Shown: positions 12,837-26,746 of the stretch, one piece after another
How the letters are laid out: every line of letters begins with the position of its first letter
Position numbering within the stretch: the stretch's first letter is position 1
DNA from: Eledone cirrhosa
Taxonomy: Eukaryota
Assembly: GCA_964016885.1 (NCBI GenBank)
Contig: OZ024743.1
Location: 216,938,001 to 217,002,000, forward strand
Reading direction: 5' to 3'
DNA length: 64,000 nt
Notes under the pieces: model-generated
Told to the model about the DNA's origin: nothing
What the model saw: the letters and a program-made list of their open reading frames with translations, nothing else
Databases searched by the model: none
Translations under genes and position numbers: made by a program

Positions 12837-13911
12837 TCACAATCTAGCAACTGACGATAACTCAAATTTGAATGTGTATTCTAGTCTACTATGGCACTGA
12901 GTTACATTTTCATTGTTTTGCAATTGACTGAAATTCATTTTGCAATCCTGAGTTTTCGTGTTCAAAGTGTGTATTAAATGGGGACGACAGAAAAGGTATG
13001 AAAACTCCTCAGATTTACTGTACCTGTAACTCAAAGGTCCATCCTTGCCATATATTGTGCCATACTGATTCTCCCTGACAATTACGTGAAGGTTACACCT
13101 GTCGGACGTTTATTTGAACGAACGAATGAAGACGCATCATCGAAACTGACGGAAGTTGTAGCTCTTGTTTCTAATCATTGTGTCCCACAATCAAAATATA
13201 TATGTCGTCAAACATATAGATAATGGAAGAGGATCCCAAAGGTATCAGAAGAAACCGAAATGTGAAAGCAGTGGAAATTATAAATCCATCCCCTTTATGG
13301 ACAATTGTCAAAAACGTAAAGTTTCTTCATCGTGACTTTCTGCTGTTTGCCCTGGGTGCACATATGGATTGAGATTGTTAATAAAGAATCATTACGTTTA
13401 GATAGCATGACCCAGTGTGAGTGTGTTTCCGTGAAACACACTCACACTGGGTCATGAAGGGGATGGATTTATTATTTCCACTGCTTTCACATTTCGGTTT
13501 CTTCTGATAACTGTGGATTCCTCTTCCATTATCTATGTTTGACAACATATGTAGTTTGATTGTGGGACACAATGATTAGAAACAAGAGCTACAACTTCTG
13601 TCAGTTTCGATGATGCGTCTTCATTCGTTCGTTCAAATAAACGTCCGACATGTGTGCCCTTCACGTAATTCTCAGGGAGAATCAGCATGGCACAATATAT
13701 GGCGAGGATGGACCTTTGAATTACAGGTACAGTCAATCTGAGGAGTTTTCATACCTTTTCTGTCGACCCCATTTAATACACACTTTGAACACGAAAACTC
13801 TGGATTGCAAAATGAATTTCAGTCAATTGCAAAACAATGAAAAGTGCCATAGTAGACTAGAATACATATTAAAATATTGAGTTATCGTCAATTGCTAGAT
13901 TGTGAGTTCGA
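12831..13911. repeat. Long inverted duplication, arms 12831-13299 and 13453-13911
   Basis: The arms are highly similar reverse complements; the same pseudo-ORFs appear on opposite strands in the ORF track. Confidence 0.92.
13406..13456. repeat. Perfect 24 bp hairpin with 3 nt loop
   Basis: CATGACCCAGTGTGAGTGTGTTTC-CGT-GAAACACACTCACACTGGGTCATG. Confidence 0.95.
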
Positions 13912-14180
13912 TTCTTGGATCGGGCGCTGCGTTGTGTCCTTGAGCACGACAATATATTTCACATTATTGCAGTTCACTCAGCTGCAGAAAGGATTTGCGA
14001 CATTTCTGGTACGAAGTTATATCGACCATTGCCTTTCCCTCCAACATCGATGGCTTAGAGAGGGGAGACTGGCATCGATGGGCGATTGCTGTTCTTCCAC
14101 AAACAACTTTGCCTGAACTTGTGCCTTGGAGGAGAATGTTTAGTTGCAAATCTCATGGTCATTTGTGACCGATTGGATCA
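13895..14180 (+). mobile_element. SINE family B copy
   Basis: GTGAGTTCGATTC...GTGTCCTTGAGCACGAC; collinear with 10815-11100. Confidence 0.7.
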
Positions 14181-15974
14181 TTACCCTGTACCTTATATAT
14201 AATACACTTTTATTCTTGCTATGTATTTTTTTGTTTTTGTTTTTATGATTAGATTGTCGCCATGTTCTATCAGCAACCTCAAGGTTTTGTCGATTATGTC
14301 AGCCCTTCTAATTATATTATCTATATCAATGTGTTGATTAGAATACGGCACACAAATAAACAAAAGTTGTTAAGCAGTGTAAAGGTAAATGAAAACACAT
14401 ACGACAGGTTCCACAGATTCCAACTATGCCAAATCTTACTGGCAGAACATTTTGTCACCTTGAAGTTGTAGTAGATGATCCCCAAAGTGTCACGTACGGG
14501 ACCGATCTGGAAGCCATATGGTTGCGAAGCAAACGAGCACACACAACCATGTTCGCACATATACCTGAGAAGCACATAACATAGTAGAGAGAGACATTCA
14601 CTGAAGGTATGAACATAAGAGAGTGACAGCGAGTAAAACAGTGAGACAGTTTGGAAGAAAGAAATACACGGAATGACATATATACTTCGAAAGAATTCAC
14701 TGTCATTTGAACGTCGGACATAATAATTTATGCGTTTTGAGTTCAAATCCCATCAAGGATCACTTTGCCTTTTATCCTTTTCTGGTCGATTCTTCCTCTG
14801 TTCTCCTTCCCTTTATTAAATTTTTCTCCGCCTCTTTTTCTTTTCTCGTTATTTTATTTTATTTTTTTCAAATACCGTAATTATTCTATATTTGTTAAAA
14901 TCAAGTTATATTTTGTATAAATTAGTTGTTCTACAACTTATTTTGTTGCGGAAAACATACAACCATTTTACGGACAATTTTTAACACAAGGGTCTATGAG
15001 AGGATGTTTACGAGAGGGGACATTTCTGTTTTCATGATTTTATTGGTAGGGGTCAACTCTGAAAATAATTTTTTTTTTCATGGTTTTGGTGTCCGACAAT
15101 CCTGGTCCCGAGATTGGTGTAGTGGTTGAAACTTTCTCTAATTGGCTCGGTGTATAACAATGGAACTTTACAAGATTACAAACATACAGACAAGTGCAGG
15201 CAATTCCAAGCATATTATACTATTATACTATTTTCTAAACCTCGAGGAACACTTTTCTGAAATTTATAAACTACCCTTACCACTTTAATTTTAATAAGAC
15301 ATAAAAAGAAGCAAACATTGTATTAGAGAATATATTTCTTTTTCTAAACTTTTTTTTCTGTAACCCTTCCCACCCATCTTTACCAGATAACTAACTCCCC
15401 TATATATAAGAAAAAAAAGTATTTTTAGTATAACATTAGGCAAAACATACTTAGAAAAAATTAAGCACATAATGATGAAGTATTGTTCAATATAAGAGTT
15501 ATTTCTCGATGAAACTATGAAACACCACCAACCCTAACCCTGAAATTCTGAAATTAAGTCACAGGGAAAATTTTCCCTCGGGTTAAGAATTGAAGATATG
15601 CCTCAACAACAATATTAACAATACATACAACTCTGACTAATATAGAAAATAACCAATGAGAATACAGCGGGTTAATGCGGAAGCTTCTACAGGAAAAATT
15701 CAGCAAAATCTCCCTGCCAAACTAAAAAAAAAACGGCGGCGAATTATATAGGATGAAGTGGGTACAAGTCAAGAAATGTCCGAGAACATAACGGTGTTTT
15801 GTATTTATAGCTAGAAGGCTTTTGATCACAAGTGTCTGCTTGATCAGAGCTGATTTAGAACAAACAAGGAGTCCAAATAGATTATTCACACCAGTTAGAC
15901 GAACAACAACAGTGGCAATACACCAACAACATTTAACAGCAAGAATATTAAAAAGAGTAACAGTGGGCTAACGT

Positions 15975-16550
15975 AGGAGCCTGTATGTGGTCACTTGACT
16001 GCGTGAAATAGCAGCAAAATATTTACGCAATTATTACTCCCTGCTACCTTTAAAAAGAATAACCCATTTGATAATGGATAGTCGCCTCTGTGAATCCTTT
16101 TTCTCAACGTTCTCTTCTATCAGAACTGTCCTAGGGCTAATAATAAAATACAGAACATTCTCAATAATTAGACAGACTAGAACAGAGCAAGTGAGAGAGC
16201 AGCTATGTGGTCACTCGATTAGCTAGCAATAGCAGCCAAATCTCCTGTAAAAAAAATACACTGGTTAATTGTCGTCCTTGTCTGAAAAATAAAAATGAAA
16301 AAAGACAGGATGGTCAAGCTTGAAATACATTTTGACCATAGGTCTGATCGATAAACACTGACTTGGGACTAAACTACAAAGTTGGCCTGTAGATGGTTAC
16401 TCGGCCTGCTAGAGATAGCAGCAAAATCTCGCTCTAATCGCACGCGAAAATTTTAAATCCGGCAAGGCAATTGCCGTCTTAGACGTACTACATTTGAAAA
16501 GCCATTTATCATAAATCATAGAATATGACTAGACCTGGGGCTAAACAACA
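15975..16550 (+). mobile_element. Three tandem degenerate copies of repeat family C
   Basis: TGGTYACTYG...ATAGCAGC(A/C)AAAT at ~15989, 16208 and 16394, each ending near GGGCTAA/GGACTAAAC. Confidence 0.65.
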
Positions 16551-16805
16551 AAACTGCTGTTGACAACGACGACGGCACCAACCAGTCCGCTAGCATCACA
16601 ACGAACAACAGTAACACCCAAATGTATTCTCTATTAAAACTCTCGTTGCAGCAGCAACTACAGCATCAGTAGCAGCGGTCAGTAGTAGTGGTAGTCGTAG
16701 TAGTAGTAGTAGTAGTAGTAGTAGTATTTGTTGTTGTCACTGTGTAGCGGCCTTGATGGTGTTGCTGATGTTGATAATTGGTAATGATAGGGGTAGGAAT
16801 GTGTG

Positions 16806-16869
<64 letters not shown>

Positions 16870-16959
16870 GTGGTGGAGGGGTTAGTGATAATCTTGCCGA
16901 TGATGGTGGTGATGGAAAGTGATGTTGAAGAATATCGTTTGGCTGCACTGCTGGTTGGT

Positions 16960-18790
16960 GATGGTGGTGGTGGTGGTGCAAATGACAATGGCGACGGTGG
17001 TGCTAATACTGGCTAGGGTAGTGATGGTGTTAATGATGATAATGGTTGTGGTAATGGTGGTGATAATGTGTTGTAAGTGATGATGATAGTAACGGTGATG
17101 GTGGTGATAATATTGCTAACAGTTGTGGTAGTGGCAATGGTTGTGGTGGTTGTGGTGATGGTAATGGTTGTGGTGGTTGTGATGGGTGTGATGATGGTAA
17201 TGGTTGTGGTTGTGGTGGTGATGGTAATGGTTGTGGTGGTTGTGATGACAGTAAGTGTTGTGGTGGTGGTGGTGATGATGGTAGAGTGGTGGTGGTTGTG
17301 GTGATGGTAACGGTTGTGGTTGGGGTGGTGATGGTAATGGTTGTGATGGGTGTGATGATGGTAATGGTTGTGGTTGTGGTGGTGAGGGTTGTGGTTGTGG
17401 TGGTAATGGTTGTGGTTGTTGTGATGATGGTAATGGTTGTGGTGGTTGTGATGGGTGTGATGATGGTAATGTTTGTGGTTGTGGTGGTGATGGTTGTGGT
17501 GGTTGTGGTGATGATGGTAGGGTAGTGGTGGTTGTGGTTGTGGTGGTGATGGTAATGGTTGTGGTGGTGATGGTAATGGTTGTGGTAGTTGTGATGGGTG
17601 TGATGATGGTAATGGTTGTGATTGTGGTGGTTGTGATGACGGTAATGGTTGTGGTGGTGGTGCTGATGATGGTAGGGAGGTGGTCGTGGTGATGGTAATG
17701 GTTGTGGTTGTGGTGGTGATGGTAATGGTTGTGGTGGTTGTGATGGGTGTGATGATGGTAATGGTTGTGGTTGTGGTGGTTGTGATGACGGTAATGGTTG
17801 TGGTGGTGGTGGTGATGATGGTAGGGTGGTGGTGGTTGTGATTATGGTAATGGTTGTGGTGGTTGTGGTGATGGTAATGGTTGTGGTGGTTGGGGTGATG
17901 GTAATGGTTGTGGTGATGGTGGTGATGGTAGGGTGGTGGTGGTTGTGATGACGGTAATGGTTGTAGTGATGGCGATGGTAATGGTTGTGGTGGTGGTGGT
18001 TTATGGTAATGGTTGTGGTGGTGGTGGTGGTAATGGTGGTGGTGGTTTATGGTAATGGTTGTGGTGGTGGTGGTGGTAATGGTGGTGGTGGTGGGGGTGA
18101 TGGTAATGGTGGTGGTGGTGGTAATGGTAATGGTGGTGGTTGTGATGGTGATGGTGTTGGTGTTGGTAATGGTTGTTGTGGTAGTGCTGGTGATGGTAAT
18201 GGTTATGGTGGTGGTGGTGATAGTAATGGTAATGGTTGTGGTGGTGATGGTAATAATTGTTGTGGTAGTGCTGGTGATGGTAATAGTTATGGTGGTGGTG
18301 GTGATGGTAATGGTGGTGGTAGTGGTGGTGGTAATGGTTGTGGTGGTGATGGTAATAGTTGTTGTGGTAGTGCTGGTGATGGTAATGGTTGTGGTGGTGG
18401 TAATGGTTGTGGTGGTGATGGTAATGGTTGTTGTGGTAGTGCTGGTGATGGTAATGGTTGTGGTGGTGACGATGGTAATGGTTGTGGAGGTGGTGGTAAT
18501 GGTTGTGATGGTGATGGTAATGGTTGTTGTGGTAGTGCTGGTGATGGTAATGGTTATGGTGGTGGCGATGGTAATGGTTGTGGTGGTGGTGGTGATAATG
18601 TGGTGTAAATTAAGACAGTAACGGTAATGGTAGAGGCAATAATAGTTTCAATGATGGTGATGTATATGGCATTAGTGGTTATATTGATGGTGTTAGTACT
18701 GGTGGGGATAGTGATGATAGTGATGGTTGTGTTAGTGATAGTTGTGTTAGTGATGATGGTGATGTTGGTGTTATTCATGGTGGTGATGGT
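16960..18790. repeat. Degenerate trinucleotide-phase array (GGT/GAT/AAT/TGT)n with higher-order units
   Basis: GGTGATGGTAATGGTTGT units repeat throughout; source of the V/M-rich and G-rich ORFs. Confidence 0.9.
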
Positions 18791-21556
18791 GGAGAAGTTT
18801 ATCGTTGTCTGAATTGCCTGGCAGCGGTGACAGTGTCATAGATATAGAAATAGTTGAATGGTTAAGAAGTTCGTTTCCCAATCATGTTGTATCGAGTTCG
18901 ATCTCATTGCGTACTATCTTGAGAAAGAAATTGTACTATATCCTTGACATGTAACTGAAATCGGGTAGACGCAAACTGTGTAGAAGCCATTAGGATGAAT
19001 TGTCATGTGGGATCGCCCTATGATTTATGTTTCGGGTACACGTGTGTATGATATACTCAGATACCTTACACTATCACACAAGCTAGACTGTGCTTGTAAT
19101 TCTAAGGCCCGGTCGTTGTTTTGCTGATTTGGCCTGGGAATAATTTTAAAGTTACATGTGTCCATGGAATATTCAGCCACTTAGGTTAATTTAATGAATG
19201 CTCATCGTAGAAATCGACGGACGATCCATATGTTGTGATAATTATTATAGTGGCGTTGAAAGTGGCGGTGAGCATCCTTTGCTGTGTTACAGGCTTAGGT
19301 TGATGGTTATACTGGTGGTTGAGGTGACTATGATGGTAGTGATGGTGGTGGTGATATTGTCAGTAGTTGGTAATGGTGGAGATGGCTATTTCGCCAAAGG
19401 TGGTGGTGGTGTTCCTATTCCTGGTGGTGATGGTGACGGATATTTCGTTGACTGCTTGCTGATTATGGTTGAGGCACTGGTAATGGTATTTGTGGTGGTG
19501 ATGGTGTTGTTGTTGATGCTAGAGGTTTAGATTTCATTGTTAGTATTGATATATATTGTTGTTTTTGTTTAGCCCTAGGTTAGCATCGAAGAGACCTATC
19601 ATCATAAAAATATATTCCAGCTGGGAAAATCCTCCGTTTTTTTTTTGTATATCATTTATATTTTAAAGACATTAAAAATATGGACTTAGTGAGATTTTGC
19701 TGCTATTTCGAATAGATCTGACTCGTTGCTGGAGTTGTTAATGATGTGCCGCCACTAATGGAAGTGCAGATTTCGTTGCCGGTTTTAATATTTGTGGTGA
19801 TTGTAGTTGCGGTGGAGGTGGTGGTGGTGCTAGTATTGCAGACTTAACCATTTGTTGTTGATATGATTGTTGTTGTTAACCCATGTCAGCCTTAAGTTTG
19901 AGCAAATCTAAGATCAAATATATTACAGCTATGACTATACTATTTCTTTTTTGTTTTGTTATTTTGTTGGGTTTTTTTTAAAGTCACAATTATCCAACTT
20001 GTCATTTCCTTATTTAAGACAACATGAGGTTGTATAGAAAATGTGGTTGTTATTTCTTGCAAAACGTTCACCCCCGGGGTGCTCGATGATGTCGCAGATA
20101 TCAAATGTTATTTAATTCATGGTGTGTCTGAGTGACACTCCATCCACAACAATCCCATCTTTTTTATATCAAATGTTTTCATACTTTTAAAACATAACTA
20201 GCTGCTATTTCTAAAAGACCGTGCGAACAGTTGAAGCCTACGTCGGTGGCTAGGGTTATCGTGGAGTTGTTGTAGAGGCTTATCTTCCTGTGGATAAAGA
20301 AGGGATGTGGGACAGAGAGAGGCAGTTGGACAGCGCGTGAGAGGAAAGAAAGAAGAAATAAACAGACCCAAAGAGATACATACACATTGTAGTATGTATA
20401 TATATATAGTGAAAAATTGAACGGGAACAAAACAGAGAGGCAATACGAACAAAGGTTTAAATATATATATATATATATATAACTACATAGATAGATAGAT
20501 GACGTATGCATGTAATGTTGATTTTTAGCCCCAGGCAACCCTAATTGAAGAAATATATTATCAAAAAAGTTGCCAGCCATAACTATCCCGTGGTTTTCTT
20601 TTTAACTGGGTGAATATGTATGGCTGTATGATCTAATGTGTCCTCTTTGCTTAATACTGCAACGTAATTTGATTGGGATTTGGCTGCTAATTATTGCAGG
20701 TCAGACATCTAAGTAGAGAGGTGTCCTTGTTTGACTCGCTATATATGCAGGTTTGTCTGTATGCATGTGTGTTTATACATGTTTTGTGATGTGTTGTTGT
20801 TTAGCTGTAGGTCAGCCCTGACTGTACAGACCTAGGGGATTTTTTTCCCAGTTTATCTAGGTCTACATTATCCAACCTAGCCTGCCTCTTAAAAATAAAA
20901 AAAATAAACACACAACAGGATGTAATTAGAGCGGGATTTGGCAGCTATTTCTAACAGGGCGACCACGTTAGCTCGTATGTGTGGTGGTCAGGTATGAAGA
21001 GAAAAAGTAGTTAAAAAGTGTTGGGGAAGAGGGAGAAAAAGAAAGGAGTAGAGTAAAGATGACGAATAGAAAAGAGGTAGAGAGAGAGAGAGAGAGAGAG
21101 AGTAAATAAAGCTAGAGAGAAATAAGTGAACAAAGTAAACTGGTGAAAGATTAGGAGCAATGAATAGAATGTGTGTGTGAGAGAGAGAGGGAGAGAGAGT
21201 TTTATGGTAGAGAGTAGCAATGCAAAAAGGAAAGAGTAAGAAAAAGATGACAAGGAGGAATACGAATTAGCATCAATAACATGTTGAGAGAGAGGGAGAG
21301 AGTGAGAGAGAGAGAGAGAGAGAGAGAAAGAAGGGGAGGAGAAATAATAGAATTGGAACAGAGTAAAGAGAAAAAGTAATGGAAAAGAGAGATAGAGAAA
21401 AATAGGGTAACAGACAGAAAACTAAGATTGGTAGATAGATATATATATAGATACGGAGAGACAAATAGATATACGAATACATACACAGAACATGTATGTG
21501 TATGTATGTGCGTTTGTAAGCATGTAAGAGAGATAGAGGGAGAGGTTAAGAGGTAG

Positions 21557-21595
<39 letters not shown>

Positions 21596-21747
21596 GAGAG
21601 AGGATAGTAAAGGAAAGAGATGGAAGCAAAGGGATAATGAGGAGGGTGGCGTGGTTAACAGAACGAAAACTTTTACAAACGTCTTCGTACAGAATGGACT
21701 TACCGTTTCTTCTCCCGAGAATGTATATACAATAACATTGCGATAAT

Positions 21748-21821
<74 letters not shown>

Positions 21822-21867
21822 TATATACATATATATATACGTATATATATATACATATATATATATA

Positions 21868-21901
<34 letters not shown>

Positions 21902-22391
21902 TACATATATATACACACACACGTAAACACACACACATATATATATAGTAAATATATATATGGTTGGGCGAGTGTGTGTGTATGTATGTACACAAATGTT
22001 TTCTTTCTTGACATATACATACACACAATAAGCTCATAACAATACATGTAAGTACTCGACTTCAATAATAATAATTTCTTTGATAATAATTGTTTCTACT
22101 TTGGGGCACAAGGCCAGCAATTATCCAGTGCATTACTGGTTCTTTGATAATAATAATGACACAAACAAACAGCAAGGGGAATGGTGATGATAATAGTGAT
22201 GTTGATAGTGACGATGAGAATAGTTGATTATAGGGAGTTTGTTCTTACCATCAGGTTACGATAACACGTATGAAGGAATTTTAAATGGATAGTGATACGT
22301 GTGAATATAAGAATGTCCGTGAAATATTACTGGTACGTAATATATCAATCCATCAAGTTAAAGTCAATACCTGGGTAACATCAACACTATA

Positions 22392-22428
<37 letters not shown>

Positions 22429-22602
22429 ACACCACCATCATTAACACCATCATCATCATTCTATCCACCATCACCAACACCATTATCATCGCATTGTTTT
22501 TAAGTTTCCTTGCCTTTAACGCATCATTTTTTTAAATATCTCTTTATTCCATTTTCTCATTATTTTTTTTTATAAATAGGTGTGGGTGTATATGTATATA
22601 TA

Positions 22603-22680
<78 letters not shown>

Positions 22681-22847
22681 TATGCATACTCACACACATA
22701 TATATTCACATATATTGGTGTATATATAGGGTATATACATATAACTATATATATGTGTGTGTACGTATATCTCTTTTACCTCTTCTACCTGTTTCAGCCA
22801 TCCGGCTGAGGCCATGCTGGGGCACCGCCCTATGTATATATGTATGC

Positions 22848-22884
<37 letters not shown>

Positions 22885-22885
22885 C

Positions 22886-22922
<37 letters not shown>

Positions 22923-22923
22923 C

Positions 22924-23018
<95 letters not shown>

Positions 23019-23095
23019 CATGTATATATATATGAATTTATATATGTGTATGTATATATATATATACATATATATGTGTGTGAGTGTGTGTGTGG

Positions 23096-23127
<32 letters not shown>

Positions 23128-23316
23128 GTGCGTGTGGTGCCTAAACGCATGAACCTCAAGGCAGGTCGGAATCGAGAGTCTAATGGAGAGTGCTCGACAA
23201 CTAATTGGTGCTTCGATTAGTGTATAAAATATATCAACAGAAATTTTGAATACAAACATGTAAAATAAATATATATACATACATTAAGATCAAAAGATGG
23301 ATAAAAGAGTTCCAAG

Positions 23317-23387
23317 TATTTTATTATGCGCATTTCAAAAACAAATATCATCATGGGATGATATTTGCGTTCTCATCAGATAAAATA
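23317..23387 (-). ncRNA. Hammerhead ribozyme (type I, palindromic helix III), family H2
   Basis: The minus strand reads UAUUUUAU-CUGAUGA-GAACGCAAAUAUCAUC(CCAU)GAUGAUAUUUGUUUUU-GAA-AUGCGCAU-A-AUAAAAUA: 8 bp helix I, ~15 bp helix II, self-complementary AUGCGCAU helix III, AUA cleavage site between 23325 and 23324. Confidence 0.88.
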
Positions 23388-23583
23388 GGGAAACATGATA
23401 TGAAACTTAAAAACACTTGTGAGCTGTGAAGTTTAAATCAACATATGTATATATATATATATATGTATATATATATACATATATACATATATATATATTT
23501 ATACATAAATACATACATATACGTATGTATTTATGTATATACGTTTGTATGTGTGTATGCATGTTTGTATGTAATCATATATG

Positions 23584-23626
<43 letters not shown>

Positions 23627-23689
23627 ACATATTATATATATATATATATATGTACCTATTATGTAAGTGTATGTATGTGTATATATGTA

Positions 23690-23978
<289 letters not shown>

Positions 23979-25056
23979 GTGTATGTATGTATGTATGTAT
24001 CTATATACGTATATATATATAAATTTATTGTATGTATGTATGTATATATATATAATGTATATATGTATACAAGTCCTTATTACTGCTTTTTAATTTTATT
24101 TTTCATTTTATAATACATATTTCCTGTTTATTTTCTTGCTGACTTTTTTTCCTTTTTCTTTTCTCATTCATTCCACGTGAAAATGTTCTCTTTATTTTCT
24201 TGTTTCCTACATAAACACTACCCGGGTTATATTTTAAATCTATTTTTCCCTATTTCCTCTTTCGAATGAGGAGACACAACGTGGTTCATCGAAGTGCTAG
24301 AAATAGCAACCAAACACACCCTCTTCAAATTGCCGTGTTTTTATTTTCATTAATTTATTTTCAGAAAGCAAATAGCCTGCAGAATAATATAGCCCTTGAT
24401 TAGTGTGTGCCTGTAAAACAATAATAATTAAGAATGACAAACATATATTAATTTCGATCATGATGAATGTTATCGATGAGGCGTGTCCTAGGGTTAAATA
24501 ATTAAAACATGAATATTACAGCAAAACTATCCTTTGCTAGCAATTATCACTAACGTCGCAGGGTTTTGTCACCACTCTGAACAGGTTCCATTCACTACTA
24601 CTGCAGTGATCGTTGGCCTTAAAACCAGCACATGCACTCACACACGCACGCACACACACACACACACACATGCACATACCGCCACATCACACTCTCTCTC
24701 TGTCTCTCTCTCGTTCACACGCTCTCTTACGCTCATTCCTTCTCCTTCATTCTCTCTCACAATCTGTTGGTGTAACAGAAAATGCAAAATTAAAAAAGGG
24801 AAATTTTAACGGTTTTTTTTTTGCAACACCCTACCACCAACAACGACAATGCCAACATTATTAGCACACCGACACCACTACTGCCACCACTGTCACTATC
24901 AACATCCTTACCTTTGGTGTATGATAAAAGACACACAGACGTACACACAAGCACGCAGGTACGCAGACACACACATCTTCAAACACGTGTGCATGGTTCG
25001 AATATACACAAACATATATTTACAACGCCGCGAACAAACACATACACAGATGCTTG

Positions 25057-25260
<204 letters not shown>

Positions 25261-25432
25261 CAGATATAAATTATATATATTTATATATATAATATATTCG
25301 TTTTATTAAGGCTTAATCGTGACTCACCCTTTAGCCTTAATAAAATGGTTATTAAAACATTACTTCTACTTCTGTATTAACTACTTTTCTCTCAGCCCAT
25401 ACGGATATATCTCTAATATTATTATTATTATT

Positions 25433-25480
<48 letters not shown>

Positions 25481-25482
<2 letters not shown>

Positions 25483-25673
25483 CGAAGAAAATGTGGTAAG
25501 GAACCAGGTGGACCATAACGCACCAAAGTACTCAATACTTAGGGTAGTAGAGTGGGTAATAGGAACGAGTAGGACCCCGACGGCTGAGCTCAAGCCGTTT
25601 GGACGGCTAATTCTGGACTGAATTAGCCGTCGGAACGGCTTGAGCTCAGCCGTCGGGGTCCTACTCGTTCCTA

Positions 25674-25674
<1 letters not shown>
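25481..25674 (-). mobile_element. Family H1 copy with fold-back (arms 25559-25613 and 25620-25674)
   Basis: 55 bp near-perfect inverted repeat with a 6 nt spacer; extended tail 25481-25558; (TA)n on both sides. Confidence 0.85.
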
Positions 25675-25708
<34 letters not shown>

Positions 25709-25711
<3 letters not shown>

Positions 25712-26007
25712 AAATATTAAAAAAATAATGAATAAAACAATGAAACAGTTCCTTATATTAAACAAAAAAAGTTCATTATTTAACGATCGTTTCTAGGATC
25801 GTTAAATAATGAACTTTTTTTGTTTAATATAAGGAACTGTTTCATTGTTTTATTCATTATTTTTTAAATATTTTATCTTGACTCTGTATTCCGTTTATCT
25901 TTCACCGAAAGTGATTTTTGAATGCATCTCTTCTTTCCATGATATCCGGATTACATTGAGTTCTTCATACGGATTGGACACTACCGTAAACTCTTGGTAG
26001 ATTTATC

Positions 26008-26010
<3 letters not shown>
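25709..26010 (+). mobile_element. (TA)n-flanked fold-back element: 80 bp arms (25709-25788 and 25797-25876) plus single-copy extension to 26010
   Basis: Near-perfect palindrome with an 8 nt spacer; the minus strand across the centre reads GAAACGAUCGUU, like a hammerhead 3' half. Confidence 0.8.
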
Positions 26011-26101
<91 letters not shown>

Positions 26102-26156
26102 TTGCAAGGTTTTTGATATGGAATCGTGTGTCGAAACAAATTTCTGGCAATTTTAT

Positions 26157-26262
26157 AATAATTGTTTCTACTTTTTGGCACAAGGCCAGCAATTACCCAG
26201 TGCATTACTGGTACTTTATTTTATCGACCCCGTAAGGATGAAAGGCAAAGTTAACCTCGGCG

Positions 26263-26263
<1 letters not shown>
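26157..26263 (-). mobile_element. 5'-truncated SINE family A copy
   Basis: Reverse complement of 8164-8268. Confidence 0.75.
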
Positions 26264-26302
<39 letters not shown>

Positions 26303-26371
26303 CTTCTACAGGATTAGAACTGTTTCATTTATATGAATTATAAGGAATACATATACATATATATATATGTG

Positions 26372-26461
<90 letters not shown>

Positions 26462-26462
<1 letters not shown>

Positions 26463-26746
26463 TAGCTCATATATTCACCCACCTTATACTGATAGAATAA
26501 CTATGTAGCTTGTGTTTCTTCCTATCTTCGGTTAGCTTTCCCCTGTGTTGTTTACTTGTCTCACTCGCTTTACGCGTTTTAATTGTCCTAATAACTTATT
26601 TTAGTTATTATTGCACCAACGTGAGGTATATGATTTTTAATGCAATGAAATACCAATGACCGTTGGCAAATCACTGATGAGGGACTCATTTTATAACATG
26701 TTATCCATGTACAACCAGCAGTATTCTTCTCCCCATATTTTTCACA
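26462..26746 (+). mobile_element. (TA)n-flanked non-coding Penelope-associated segment
   Basis: Homologous to ~55150-55383, which lies next to a PLE RT fragment; contains AAATCACTGATGAGGGACT. Confidence 0.6.

Noticed and set aside
15531-15541. ACCCTAACCCT telomere-like motif
   Set aside because: Fewer than two full units; expected by chance.
26674-26720. CUGAUGA here and at 55318 as complete hammerheads
   Set aside because: There is no downstream GAAA or helix III, and a type II arrangement lacks helix I.
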